This document shows positions 49,305 to 58,890 of a stretch of 64,000 bases of DNA, one piece after another; the first letter of the stretch is position 1, and each line of letters begins with the position of its first letter. Below the pieces are notes generated by a model. The model had not been told where the DNA came from. It made no database searches and saw nothing but the letters and a program-made list of their open reading frames with translations. The DNA comes from Promethearchaeota archaeon (GTDB taxonomy: Archaea > Asgardarchaeota > Lokiarchaeia > Sigyniarchaeales > SOKP01): contig JAEOTP010000087.1 in assembly GCA_016839765.1 (NCBI GenBank), positions 15,742 to 79,741 on the forward strand. Reading direction: 5' to 3'. The translations under genes and the position numbers were made by a program.

Positions 49305-52091
49305 TTATTTTAAAATAATGGCAGGTCTTCCAGGTAAAGCCTGAATTGCCTTTTTTTCATGTGAATCTCTTTCATACAGAATATTAATAGTGCAGAGATA
49401 TTTTTTTTCAAATAATGACTTTATTTCGGTAAAGAAAAGGTATTCTTCATCAGCAGTAAGGGGGGATCTCACATATTTGCCACGATTCTTTAAAAGGTTT
49501 CCTACAATTTGGGATATAAATTTACTATTCTTCTTATAATAATCATTTTTCATTACCTCTTTTATGATTTGTTTATGATCTTCCATAATTTCGACTAGTT
49601 CTAATAAATCCGAAACTAAATTATATTTCCAATCTTCAGCAACGATAATTGATAGTTCCTTAATGTCAGTTATTTTGATAATATGCAAAATATTATTTAC
49701 TGAATCCATTGTATTATTTAGAAGTTTCCATTTATAATCATTTTCAACAGTTAAAACATTTTCATTGTATGAGGGCCATGGTGCTAAGCTCAAAAAACCT
49801 TGATTTCCTAAAGTCTCCCAGATCTCCTCAGAGATATGAGGAGTAATTGGGTGTAATAATAGGACTATTTTTTCTTTACAAATTTCAAAAATTTTTTTGT
49901 TTACCCCTTCAAGTTTATATTTGTTCAATTCTGAAATGAATTGAATAATTTCATTAATAGAATCTCTTATCGCAATTTTGTCTAAGCTTTCAGTAACACT
50001 TTTGATGGTCCTGTTTAAATAATATTCAATTAGAATATCTCTTATATTTCTCTCTTTTCTAATTTTGTCTACGGGTTCACAAATTAATGTGAAAAACTTC
50101 TTAATAAATTTAAATGCAAAATCAACACCTTCATCAGACCATTCCAGTCCTGATTTTGGACTAGCACCAAATAATATAAAGAATCTTGCTGCATCAGCAC
50201 CATAATTATCCATTATACTAATAGGATCTACTGTATTCCCCAGACTTTTACTCATTTTTACACTTTTTAATATATATTTTGTACCACATCGTTTACATTC
50301 TTTATTATGCATGTCTGCTTTCATGGCAAATGCTTCACACATTGGGCAATATGCGTGTGCTTTATTTATCATACCTTGTGTTAATAATCTTTGAAATGGT
50401 TCATCAAGAGAGTGCAAATTTAAGTCTCGAGCAACTTTAGTAAAAAATCTAGCATATAATAAATGCATAACTGCATGTTCTATTCCACCAATATATTGAT
50501 CAACATTACCCCAATAATCTACAAGGTTTTTTCTATATGGAAGATCTTTTGATTCGGGGTCGCAATATCTAAAGAAATACCATGAACTATCAATAAATGT
50601 ATCCATTGTATCAGTTTCTCTCTTAGCGGGTTTATTACATTTTGGACAGTTCACATTAGCATAAATTTTACTTGTTTTCAATGGATTTCCTTTGCCTGTA
50701 AATTTAACGTCCTTTGGTAGTTTTACAGGTAAATCTTCATAAGCTACAGGAACAGTTCCGCAACTTTCACAATAAATAATAGGTATTGGACAACCCCAGT
50801 ATCTCTGACGTGAAATTAACCAGTCTCTTAATTTATAATTAATAGTAGCAAAACCCATTTCTAACTGTTCTAATTTTTCAGTAATTGCATTTATTGCATT
50901 TCTATTTTCCATACCATTAAACTCACCAGAATTAAATAAAATTCCATCACTTACATAAGCTCTGGTCATTTTCTCAGGATTTAATATATAATCATATGGT
51001 TGAATCACTATTTTGATTGGAATGTTGTATTCTTTAGCAAATTCGAAATCTCTTTGATCATGGGCAGGAACGGCCATAACTGCACCGGCACCATATTCAT
51101 AGATGACAAAATTTCCAATGTAAATAGGCAGCTTTTCATTATTTATTGGATTTATAGCATATTTACCAATAAACATCCCTTTTTTTTCAATATCAAGATC
51201 AGTTCTTTCAAATTTATTCTGTTTTACAACTTCTGCATAAAATTGCTCAAATTCTTTAAAATAATTAGTGTTTTCAACCCATTCTCTAATCCATGGATGT
51301 TCAGGTGCGAAAACCATAAATGTGGCACCGAATAATGTATCTGCTCTAGTTGTAAATATATCAATAGTGCGTTCTTCTCCTTCTATTGGAAATTTAATAA
51401 TTGAACCTTCTGATTTTCCAATCCAATTGGATTGCATTAATTTTACTTTTTCTGGCCAATCAACAATATTCAAACCCTCGAGTAATTCCTCAGCATAAAC
51501 TCTTATTTTTAAAAACCATTGAGTGAGAAACTTTTGTTCTACATCTGTATTACATCTCCAACATTTACCTCCTTGAACTTGCTCGTTAGCAAGCACTGTA
51601 ACACAATCAGGACACCAATTTACATATGAATTTTCTCTATATGCAAGTCCTTTTTCAAACATTTTTAAAAAAAACCATTGATCCCACTTAAAATAATTTG
51701 GATCATGACTATATATCATTCTCGTCCAGTCATATGAAAGGCCTATACGTTTTTGTTGTTGTTGAATAGCATTAATATTCGAATTGGTCCATTTTCTGGG
51801 ATCAACTCCATGATCTATAGCCGCATTTTCAGCGGGTAAGCCAAAAGAATCGTATCCCATGGGATACAAAACGTTAAAGCCACACATTCTCTTATAACGG
51901 GCAAATGCATCCCCAATAGAATAATTTCTTAAATGTCCCATATGTAATTCTGATGATGGATACGGATACATTTCCAGAACATAATATTTTAGATTTTTTT
52001 TAGTTAAATCTTCCTTAACCTCAAAAATTTTACTCTTTTCCCAATTTTCTTGCCATTTTTTCTCAATTATGTGTGGATCGTATTCAACCAT
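49305..52091 (-). CDS. leuS: Leucine--tRNA ligase
   Basis: HMGH, GLPAENAAI, TTRADT and GAVMAVPAHDQRD editing motifs, SRQRYWG, KMSKS. Confidence 0.97.
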   Translation of the reverse strand: MVEYDPHIIEKKWQENWEKSKIFEVKEDLTKKNLKYYVLEMYPYPSSELHMGHLRNYSIGDAFARYKRMCGFNVLYPMGYDSFGLPAENAAIDHGVDPRKWTNSNINAIQQQQKRIGLSYDWTRMIYSHDPNYFKWDQWFFLKMFEKGLAYRENSYVNWCPDCVTVLANEQVQGGKCWRCNTDVEQKFLTQWFLKIRVYAEELLEGLNIVDWPEKVKLMQSNWIGKSEGSIIKFPIEGEERTIDIFTTRADTLFGATFMVFAPEHPWIREWVENTNYFKEFEQFYAEVVKQNKFERTDLDIEKKGMFIGKYAINPINNEKLPIYIGNFVIYEYGAGAVMAVPAHDQRDFEFAKEYNIPIKIVIQPYDYILNPEKMTRAYVSDGILFNSGEFNGMENRNAINAITEKLEQLEMGFATINYKLRDWLISRQRYWGCPIPIIYCESCGTVPVAYEDLPVKLPKDVKFTGKGNPLKTSKIYANVNCPKCNKPAKRETDTMDTFIDSSWYFFRYCDPESKDLPYRKNLVDYWGNVDQYIGGIEHAVMHLLYARFFTKVARDLNLHSLDEPFQRLLTQGMINKAHAYCPMCEAFAMKADMHNKECKRCGTKYILKSVKMSKSLGNTVDPISIMDNYGADAARFFILFGASPKSGLEWSDEGVDFAFKFIKKFFTLICEPVDKIRKERNIRDILIEYYLNRTIKSVTESLDKIAIRDSINEIIQFISELNKYKLEGVNKKIFEICKEKIVLLLHPITPHISEEIWETLGNQGFLSLAPWPSYNENVLTVENDYKWKLLNNTMDSVNNILHIIKITDIKELSIIVAEDWKYNLVSDLLELVEIMEDHKQIIKEVMKNDYYKKNSKFISQIVGNLLKNRGKYVRSPLTADEEYLFFTEIKSLFEKKYLCTINILYERDSHEKKAIQALPGRPAIILK

Positions 52092-52222
52092 AGAAGTGAA
52101 CCCAAATTATTTTAAAATTGCTTAACTAAATATTATTTTGAATAATTTATTCATTAAATTTTTTTTGAAATAGAGATTAAATTTATTGTAAATTAACATA
52201 ATTATAAACTGTAGAAAGCTTA

Positions 52223-53224
52223 ATGACTATTGAAAAAATTAGAGTTTCAATTGGAAGTGCTGTAGTTTTAGGATTATCTCAAAGTAATAAATTTGATGTT
52301 GAACCAACTACTTGCTATGTTATGACATACCTAAAAGGGCATTGTACAGCAAATTGTGGATTTTGCCCTCAAGCTAGAGACTCAGAAGGCTCCGTAGAGT
52401 TTTTATCACGAATAACTTGGCCAGTTTTTGAATTTAAAGAATTTCTAACGAAATTGAATTATATGCCTCCTCATAAGAAGTTTAAAAGGATTTGTATACA
52501 AACATTAAATTATGACAAAAACTTTGAGGACCTAGTCGAGATTATAACTAAAATTAAAAAAAATTCAAATGTTCCTCTCTCTATTGCAATACCTCCCATG
52601 CCAAAAAGTAAGCTAAGAGATTTGAAATTAATTGGCGTTGAGAGAATTGGAATCGCTTTAGATGGTTCTACAGAAGAGATTTTTGAAAAAATCAAGGGAA
52701 AAGGTGTAAATGGACCTTATAATTGGAATTTACATTTTCAAAGCCTAAATGATGCATTAAAAATATTTTCAGTAGGTTTTGTGACCACTCATCTAATAGT
52801 TGGGTTAGGAGAAACTCCACAACAGGTTTTGGAACTGATTGAAAGATTACATAACATAAAAATCAAGGTAGGTCTTTTTGCTTTTACACCTATAAAGGGA
52901 ACAATACTTCAGAGTAATTCAAAACCTGATATTATTATATTTAGGAAAATCCAACTTGGAAGATATTTGATAATCAATGAGAATAAAGAATTAAAAGATT
53001 TTACCTTTAATTTGAAAGGAGATATAATCAAATTTAACTTAAATAAAAGTGAATTGAAAAATTTAATTGAAAATTCTAATGCCTTTATGACAACTGGATG
53101 TCCTGGTTGCAATCGTCCCTATTATACATCAAAACCTTCCGGACCATTTTATAATTACCCTCGAAGCTTAACTAAAACTGAGCAAAAAGAGATTTATCAA
53201 TCACTTTTAAAATATGTATATTAA
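52223..53224 (+). CDS. lipS2: Radical SAM lipoyl synthase subunit LipS2
   Basis: CTANCGFC radical SAM motif and C-terminal TTGCPGCNRP signature. Confidence 0.8.
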   Translation: MTIEKIRVSIGSAVVLGLSQSNKFDVEPTTCYVMTYLKGHCTANCGFCPQARDSEGSVEFLSRITWPVFEFKEFLTKLNYMPPHKKFKRICIQTLNYDKNFEDLVEIITKIKKNSNVPLSIAIPPMPKSKLRDLKLIGVERIGIALDGSTEEIFEKIKGKGVNGPYNWNLHFQSLNDALKIFSVGFVTTHLIVGLGETPQQVLELIERLHNIKIKVGLFAFTPIKGTILQSNSKPDIIIFRKIQLGRYLIINENKELKDFTFNLKGDIIKFNLNKSELKNLIENSNAFMTTGCPGCNRPYYTSKPSGPFYNYPRSLTKTEQKEIYQSLLKYVY

Positions 53225-53240
53225 AATATTGTGAAGAATC

Positions 53241-54020
53241 ATGGAAGAATGGAGATTTATACCAATACAAACTAAAAATGGTTATTGGAATATGGCTTTA
53301 GATGAGGCCATTTTGAGTTCAGTAATAAAAAGAAAATCACATTATACGATCAGATTTTATAAATGGAAACCATCGACAGTTTCAATAGGTTTAAATCAAA
53401 GTCTTTCGGTAGAGGTAAATTTGAATTTTGCTAAAGAAAATGGCTTTAATATCGTTAGGAGAATTACTGGAGGGGGCGCTGTTTTTCACGATGAATTTGG
53501 GGAAATTACTTACTCAATTGTATGTTCCCTTAAATTTTTAGAAAAACTTAATGCTAAGAAGGTAATTGAGCAATTTGAAATAATTGAAACAGGCATAGTA
53601 AATGGATTAACTTACTATGGATTAAAACCAGAAAAGGGTATTATACATTGTCCTGCAATATTTTTAAATGGTAAAAAATTTTCTGGTAATGCTCAAGTAA
53701 GAAAAAAGGGTTATCTACTGCAACATGGAACTATTCTATTAGAAATTGATCCTGAATTAATGTATTCTGTATTAAAAGCTCCTCATAATGTATCAAAATC
53801 AAAAATGGTTAAATCTGTTTATTCTAAATGTGTAGGTATAAGGGACCAACTCCAAAATTACAATGAGTATGTTTTATTGTCCTCTTTGAAAAGGGGCTTT
53901 GAATCTACATTAGGAATAAAACTGGAAGAAGGTAATTTTACTGAATATGAGTTAAATTTGGCAAAAAAATTGATGATGGAGAAATATTCAAAGGATAATT
54001 GGTTAAAGAAATATGAGTAA
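53241..54020 (+). CDS. lplA: Lipoate-protein ligase / octanoyltransferase catalytic domain
   Basis: NMALDEA, RRITGGGAVFHD, KFSGNAQ, QHGT; no C-terminal LplB domain. Confidence 0.88.
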   Translation: MEEWRFIPIQTKNGYWNMALDEAILSSVIKRKSHYTIRFYKWKPSTVSIGLNQSLSVEVNLNFAKENGFNIVRRITGGGAVFHDEFGEITYSIVCSLKFLEKLNAKKVIEQFEIIETGIVNGLTYYGLKPEKGIIHCPAIFLNGKKFSGNAQVRKKGYLLQHGTILLEIDPELMYSVLKAPHNVSKSKMVKSVYSKCVGIRDQLQNYNEYVLLSSLKRGFESTLGIKLEEGNFTEYELNLAKKLMMEKYSKDNWLKKYE

Positions 54021-55083
54021 AACGAAATATCTATTAGATAAATTTAAAAAAGGAAATCCCACTTGGTCTGATTACTCCAAATTTATAGATTTAAAAACAA
54101 ATGATATAAATCTTTTTTTAGAACTTGCCTTAAAATTGAAAAATGAGAATTTTGGCAATCAAATAAAGATTTACATTCCAAACAAGCGATTTCCAGCTAT
54201 TAGTATAACTGGAGACGATTGTGCTTTAGCATGTGAACATTGTAACAAGAAATACCTAAATGGAATGGAAAAAATCCTTAATAAAGAGAATTTAGAGCGT
54301 TTTTTATTCAATCATTTCGAAAATGGAGGAGTTGGTGCGCTAATATCAGGAGGATGTGAACCAGACGGTTCAGTTCCTTTATTAAAATTCTTGGATTCAA
54401 TCAGGTTAATAAAAGATAAAACTAATTTGATAATAAATACACATACGGGGTTATTAAATGAAGAAACTGCTAAAAAGTTAGCTGAAGCAAGAGTAGATAT
54501 TGTCTCATTTGATGTAACTATGGATGAGGAGGTAATCAAAAGGATTTATCATTTAAGTAAGGATCCTGAAGATTATAAAAAATCTATTGGGTATCTAAAG
54601 AAGTATAACTTAAATATCGTACCTCATATTTGTATTGGGTTATTTTATGGTAAAATACATAAAGAATTAGAGGCTATAAAATTTCTTAAAGAATCTGGGA
54701 TGAATCCTTCCTTGATTGTTTTAATTGCATTAATCCCACCTAAAGATTCTAATACTAAATTTATCAGACTCAATCCAATTGATATAGCAAAGGTAATTGC
54801 AGTAATTAGGTTTGTTTTCCCTAATACTGAAATTTCTCTTGGGTGCATGAGACCAAGGGGAAAGGCAAAAATACAAATTGAAAAATCTGCAATTTTGGCT
54901 GGAATAACAAGAATAGAAATTCCTTCAATTGAAACTTTAAAGTGGTTAAAGCAAAAATATCCCGATATTAAGTTTAAATTTTTTTCTGCATGTTGCGCAA
55001 TTCCTAAACAGTTTGAAAAGTATGCTAAAAGTAAAGAATTTGATTTGAAAAAATATAAAGAATTTGACTCTTATCATGAATAA
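54013..55083 (+). CDS. lipS1: Radical SAM lipoyl synthase subunit LipS1
   Basis: CALACEHC radical SAM motif, LISGG, GCMRP and SACC signatures. Confidence 0.8.
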   Translation: MSKTKYLLDKFKKGNPTWSDYSKFIDLKTNDINLFLELALKLKNENFGNQIKIYIPNKRFPAISITGDDCALACEHCNKKYLNGMEKILNKENLERFLFNHFENGGVGALISGGCEPDGSVPLLKFLDSIRLIKDKTNLIINTHTGLLNEETAKKLAEARVDIVSFDVTMDEEVIKRIYHLSKDPEDYKKSIGYLKKYNLNIVPHICIGLFYGKIHKELEAIKFLKESGMNPSLIVLIALIPPKDSNTKFIRLNPIDIAKVIAVIRFVFPNTEISLGCMRPRGKAKIQIEKSAILAGITRIEIPSIETLKWLKQKYPDIKFKFFSACCAIPKQFEKYAKSKEFDLKKYKEFDSYHE

Positions 55084-56485
55084 AAAAATCGAGTTAATAG
55101 GATTAGAGAATTTTCCTCTTATAAAAGCTGGAGATAATATTGCTCAAATAATTTTTAAAAAATTAAATGAAAATAATATTTCATTACAAAATGGAGATAT
55201 TCTTGTCATAGCACAAACTATTGTGTCAAAGAGCATTGGAAGAATTAGAGATTTAAAAAAAATTAAACCAAGCAAGAAAGCAATTGAAATTTACAATAGA
55301 ACAACTCCTAAAGGAAAAAAAGTTCATATGCCAATAAAAAGCCCTGAACTTATTCAAGCAATTTTAGATGAATCAGAAGTTATATTAAAAACTGAGCATG
55401 TTTTAATAGTTGAAACTAAACACGGATTTGTTTGTGCCAATGCAGGTATTGATAAATCTAACATTGAGGGAGAGAATAATATTTGCTTATTACCAGAAAA
55501 CCCTGATGAAGAAGCAAATAAGATACGCTCTTCTCTAAAGAAATTAACTGGAAAGGATTTAGCAATAATAATTTCTGATTCTTTTGGGCGTCCTTTCAGG
55601 GTTGGAGCAATAGGAGTAGCATTGGGAATTTCTGGAATTAATCCAATTCTGGATAAAAGGGGTGTAGAAGATTTATTTGGGTATGAATTACAAAGCACAA
55701 TTGTAGGTCAGGTTGATAATTTGGCATCAGCAGCTCAATTAGTTATGGGAGAAGCTGATGAAGGTTTACCTGTTGTTATAATAAGGGACTACAAATTTGA
55801 TGTGGTAAAGAAAACATCTATTTCAGCAATTTTAAGAGATAAAAACCTAGATTTATTTAGAGAAAAAGCTTCAGAAGAAAATTTTATTGATCTTTTAAAA
55901 TCAAGAAGAAGTTATAAGTTAGAATTTAGTTCGGAAGATGTTGATAAAAAAATGATCGAAGAATGCATTGATATAGCTCGTTGGGCTCCAAGTGCGCATA
56001 ATGGACAGTATTGGCGCTACATTATTCTGGAAAAATCCAAGCTTCGCGAAAATCTAATTATTAAAATGAATGAAAAATTGCGAAAAGATTTATTGAATGA
56101 TGGTAAATCAAAAACTTTCATAAAAAATAAAATTATAAGCACAAAAAATCAGTTCTTAAAAGCACCATTTTTAATTTTACTCTGTTTAGATAAACCTAAT
56201 TTTGAAAAATATCCTGATCCTGATCGTAATCAAAATGAGTTTATTATGCAGATTCAAAGTGTCAGCGCATCAGCAACATATCTATTGTTAGCTCTTGAAT
56301 CTAAAGGTTTAGCTGCATGTTGGTATTGTGCGCCATTATTTACGAAACGTATTGTGAAAGAGATGTTAAATTTACCAGAATCTTATTATCCAATTGCTTT
56401 TTTCACCGCAGGATATTCAATAACAACACCACCTAGTCCAAAAAGAAAAAGATTAGAAGATATAATATATAATATAAATCAGTAA
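55076..56485 (+). CDS. cofE: F420-0:gamma-glutamyl ligase fused to FMN nitroreductase domain (FbiB-like)
   Basis: CANAGIDKSN, SDSFGRPFR, MGEADEG; C-terminal SRRS...WAPSAHN-x-Q-x-W nitroreductase; ATG 55076 overlaps lipS1 stop. Confidence 0.9.
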   Translation: MNKKIELIGLENFPLIKAGDNIAQIIFKKLNENNISLQNGDILVIAQTIVSKSIGRIRDLKKIKPSKKAIEIYNRTTPKGKKVHMPIKSPELIQAILDESEVILKTEHVLIVETKHGFVCANAGIDKSNIEGENNICLLPENPDEEANKIRSSLKKLTGKDLAIIISDSFGRPFRVGAIGVALGISGINPILDKRGVEDLFGYELQSTIVGQVDNLASAAQLVMGEADEGLPVVIIRDYKFDVVKKTSISAILRDKNLDLFREKASEENFIDLLKSRRSYKLEFSSEDVDKKMIEECIDIARWAPSAHNGQYWRYIILEKSKLRENLIIKMNEKLRKDLLNDGKSKTFIKNKIISTKNQFLKAPFLILLCLDKPNFEKYPDPDRNQNEFIMQIQSVSASATYLLLALESKGLAACWYCAPLFTKRIVKEMLNLPESYYPIAFFTAGYSITTPPSPKRKRLEDIIYNINQ

Positions 56486-56497
56486 AAAGTAGTCAAG

Positions 56498-57433
56498 ATG
56501 AGAGATCATTTTTATTTAGTGCTAGCTGGTGGGGTTGGTGCAGCAAAGTTTCTTGATGGCTTATCAAATGTAATTTCTCAAGAAGAGTTTAAAGTACTAA
56601 TAAATACAGGTGATGATATTGACTTATTCGGTTTGAAAATTTGCCCGGATATTGACATTATTACCTATACATTAGCAAATGTAGTGGATAGAGAAAAGGG
56701 ATGGGGTTATTTTAATGAAACATTTAATTGTTTAAGTATTTTAAAAAAATATTATCAATTTAAGTGGTTTAATCTGGGTGACAAAGATTTAGCAACACAT
56801 ATTTTTCGAACAGACCTATTGAAAAAAGGTTTTACTAAGGCAGAAGTTACTTCATTGATTAGTAAGAAATTAGGAATAAGAGCTCATCTTATTCCTATGT
56901 GTAATGAAGATGTTCAGACAATTGTTAATATAGGTTCAGAATCAATGCATTTTGAAGAATACTACATAAAGCATAATTGTGAACCTGAAATTAAGGGCAT
57001 ACAATTTGAGGGAATTCGTGAGGCAAAACCAGTCAAAAATGTTTTGAAATATATTAGAGAAGCAAAGAGAATAATAATAAGTCCATCAAATCCAATAGTA
57101 TCAATTGGGACAATTCTTCAAGTTAAAGGAATCAAAGAAACATTGAGAAAAGTGAAAAAGAAAGTATTTGCCATATCACCAATAATAGAAGGCACAACCA
57201 TTAAAGGTCCAGCTGATAAATTGATGAGATACCTCGGTTTTGAAGTCTCATGTGTAGGCGTAGCAAAATATTATCAAGATTTTATTGGCCATTTTGTAAT
57301 TGATAATAGAGATTGTTATTTAAAATCAAAAATAGAAGAATTAGATATAAAAGCTTATTGTTTTGATACAATTATGGAAAATTTAGATAAAAAAAAGAAA
57401 TTGGCTCAATTTATTATTGATATTAACAATTAA
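56498..57433 (+). CDS. cofD: 2-phospho-L-lactate transferase
   Basis: LAGGVGAAKF, NTGDD, CPDID, LGDKDLATH, PSNP-x-SI, KGPA. Confidence 0.93.
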   Translation: MRDHFYLVLAGGVGAAKFLDGLSNVISQEEFKVLINTGDDIDLFGLKICPDIDIITYTLANVVDREKGWGYFNETFNCLSILKKYYQFKWFNLGDKDLATHIFRTDLLKKGFTKAEVTSLISKKLGIRAHLIPMCNEDVQTIVNIGSESMHFEEYYIKHNCEPEIKGIQFEGIREAKPVKNVLKYIREAKRIIISPSNPIVSIGTILQVKGIKETLRKVKKKVFAISPIIEGTTIKGPADKLMRYLGFEVSCVGVAKYYQDFIGHFVIDNRDCYLKSKIEELDIKAYCFDTIMENLDKKKKLAQFIIDINN

Positions 57434-57439
57434 ATATGA

Positions 57440-58888
57440 TTAAGTAACTGCTTCCTCTGCTTTCACTTCTTCTTTAGCTTCTTTTTCCTTTATTTCTTCT
57501 TTCTTTACATAATCTCCAACAGATGTTAGAATTTCTTTGATTCTTCCCTCTTGTTGTAGTCTGATAATTAAATTCCTATGTTTAATAAAGGAAACTATTT
57601 TAGATACAATTGGAAAAATTAACATTATTGGTAATAATAAGAGTAATATAATTTCTGGTGAAAACATTACCACACTCTCTGTGATTGCAGGGGGTAAGTT
57701 AAATACATCTTCTAAAAACCATTTTGGATGGATAATGATAAAACTTATAATAATAAGTACAACAAGACGAATCAGAATATTTAAAAAAGTGGATAGTGCT
57801 AAACTTTGTGCTCTAGGTGCAGATGATCTCGCTGTTAATGTATCTTGAGCTTCAATATCTTCACGATAAAGTCTCTCGACATATCTTCCCAGTCGTCTTG
57901 TTTTAGATGCTGCAGTCACTAATTTTTTCTCTTCTTCCTCTAATTTCCTTTTTTCAATCATTTCTTTAATATATGAAAACTTTTCACTTGTTTTGGCAAA
58001 GAATTTACTTATTGTTGTTTTCTCTCCAATTTCTAGCTCTTCCATTCTACTTTTGGCTTCTTCTTTAATTTTTTCCACGTTTGCAGTAATATAATGGGAT
58101 TCACTCTTCAAAATTTCTAATTGAATTTCTAGTCTATCACTTCTTTCTAATGAAGGTCTTGTAACTGTTTCTGTATAATTGATTTGAAACGCTAATTCAA
58201 TATAAAAGTAGGATATAATTGCGAGTAATATAACTGGACTTGCCAGAAATTGAAAAAAGTTATTTATAGGAATTGCATTTAAGGAAGGGTCAAGAGGATT
58301 TGGTAAATCTTCCAGATATTCAATTGAAACGTGAAATAAATCTAAAAGTTCATTAAAACCGGAAAAAATTAGGGGTACTATAATCATTAGAACTAAAGCC
58401 CCTACAGCGATTAAATCGTGTTTTGGGTTTGTTTTTAAAAATGTTCTAATTGCATATATAATTGAAATAACAAATAATAATTGAAAAAGGATTAAATAAA
58501 AATCTCCAAAGAAGATTGAAATTTCATTTAGAATTAAATCTGGAATTTGATTTAAATCTGGTGTAGTTCCATCAGGAAAAGTGAACCACAGATTTAAAAA
58601 ATTCTTAAAAAATCCATCTATGAAACTATACATGAAATCACGATTAATGAAGGGAAGAAAAACGGTTGTTGCGATGAAAGCACAACCTATTGCTATTATA
58701 TATGCTCCCGCAAAAATGATGAAAGTAAAAACGTTTTTAATACTATCGATAAACGAAAATAAGGCAAATTCGCCATCAGAAGTAAAGAGTACTTCATTAA
58801 AGTCGAATATAGAGAGAAAAACTAATATTAGCCAAACAAAAATCAGAACATTGATTATCTTTAATATTTTTAAATAATATCTTACCAT
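57440..58888 (-). CDS. Multi-pass membrane protein with central coiled-coil loop, unknown function
   Basis: About 7 TMs, charged helical loop; 2 nt from the DUF58 stop. Confidence 0.7.
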   Translation of the reverse strand: MVRYYLKILKIINVLIFVWLILVFLSIFDFNEVLFTSDGEFALFSFIDSIKNVFTFIIFAGAYIIAIGCAFIATTVFLPFINRDFMYSFIDGFFKNFLNLWFTFPDGTTPDLNQIPDLILNEISIFFGDFYLILFQLLFVISIIYAIRTFLKTNPKHDLIAVGALVLMIIVPLIFSGFNELLDLFHVSIEYLEDLPNPLDPSLNAIPINNFFQFLASPVILLAIISYFYIELAFQINYTETVTRPSLERSDRLEIQLEILKSESHYITANVEKIKEEAKSRMEELEIGEKTTISKFFAKTSEKFSYIKEMIEKRKLEEEEKKLVTAASKTRRLGRYVERLYREDIEAQDTLTARSSAPRAQSLALSTFLNILIRLVVLIIISFIIIHPKWFLEDVFNLPPAITESVVMFSPEIILLLLLPIMLIFPIVSKIVSFIKHRNLIIRLQQEGRIKEILTSVGDYVKKEEIKEKEAKEEVKAEEAVT

Positions 58889-58890
58889 AT

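Noticed and set aside
148-58877. Many short ORFs antisense to or nested in longer genes (e.g. 148-336, 3072-3308, 6116-6421, 11062-11391, 21462-21710, 35662-35979, 51000-51498, 55354-55698, 57537-57848, 58581-58877)
   Set aside because: They shadow well-supported genes on the opposite strand or frame and carry no recognisable motifs
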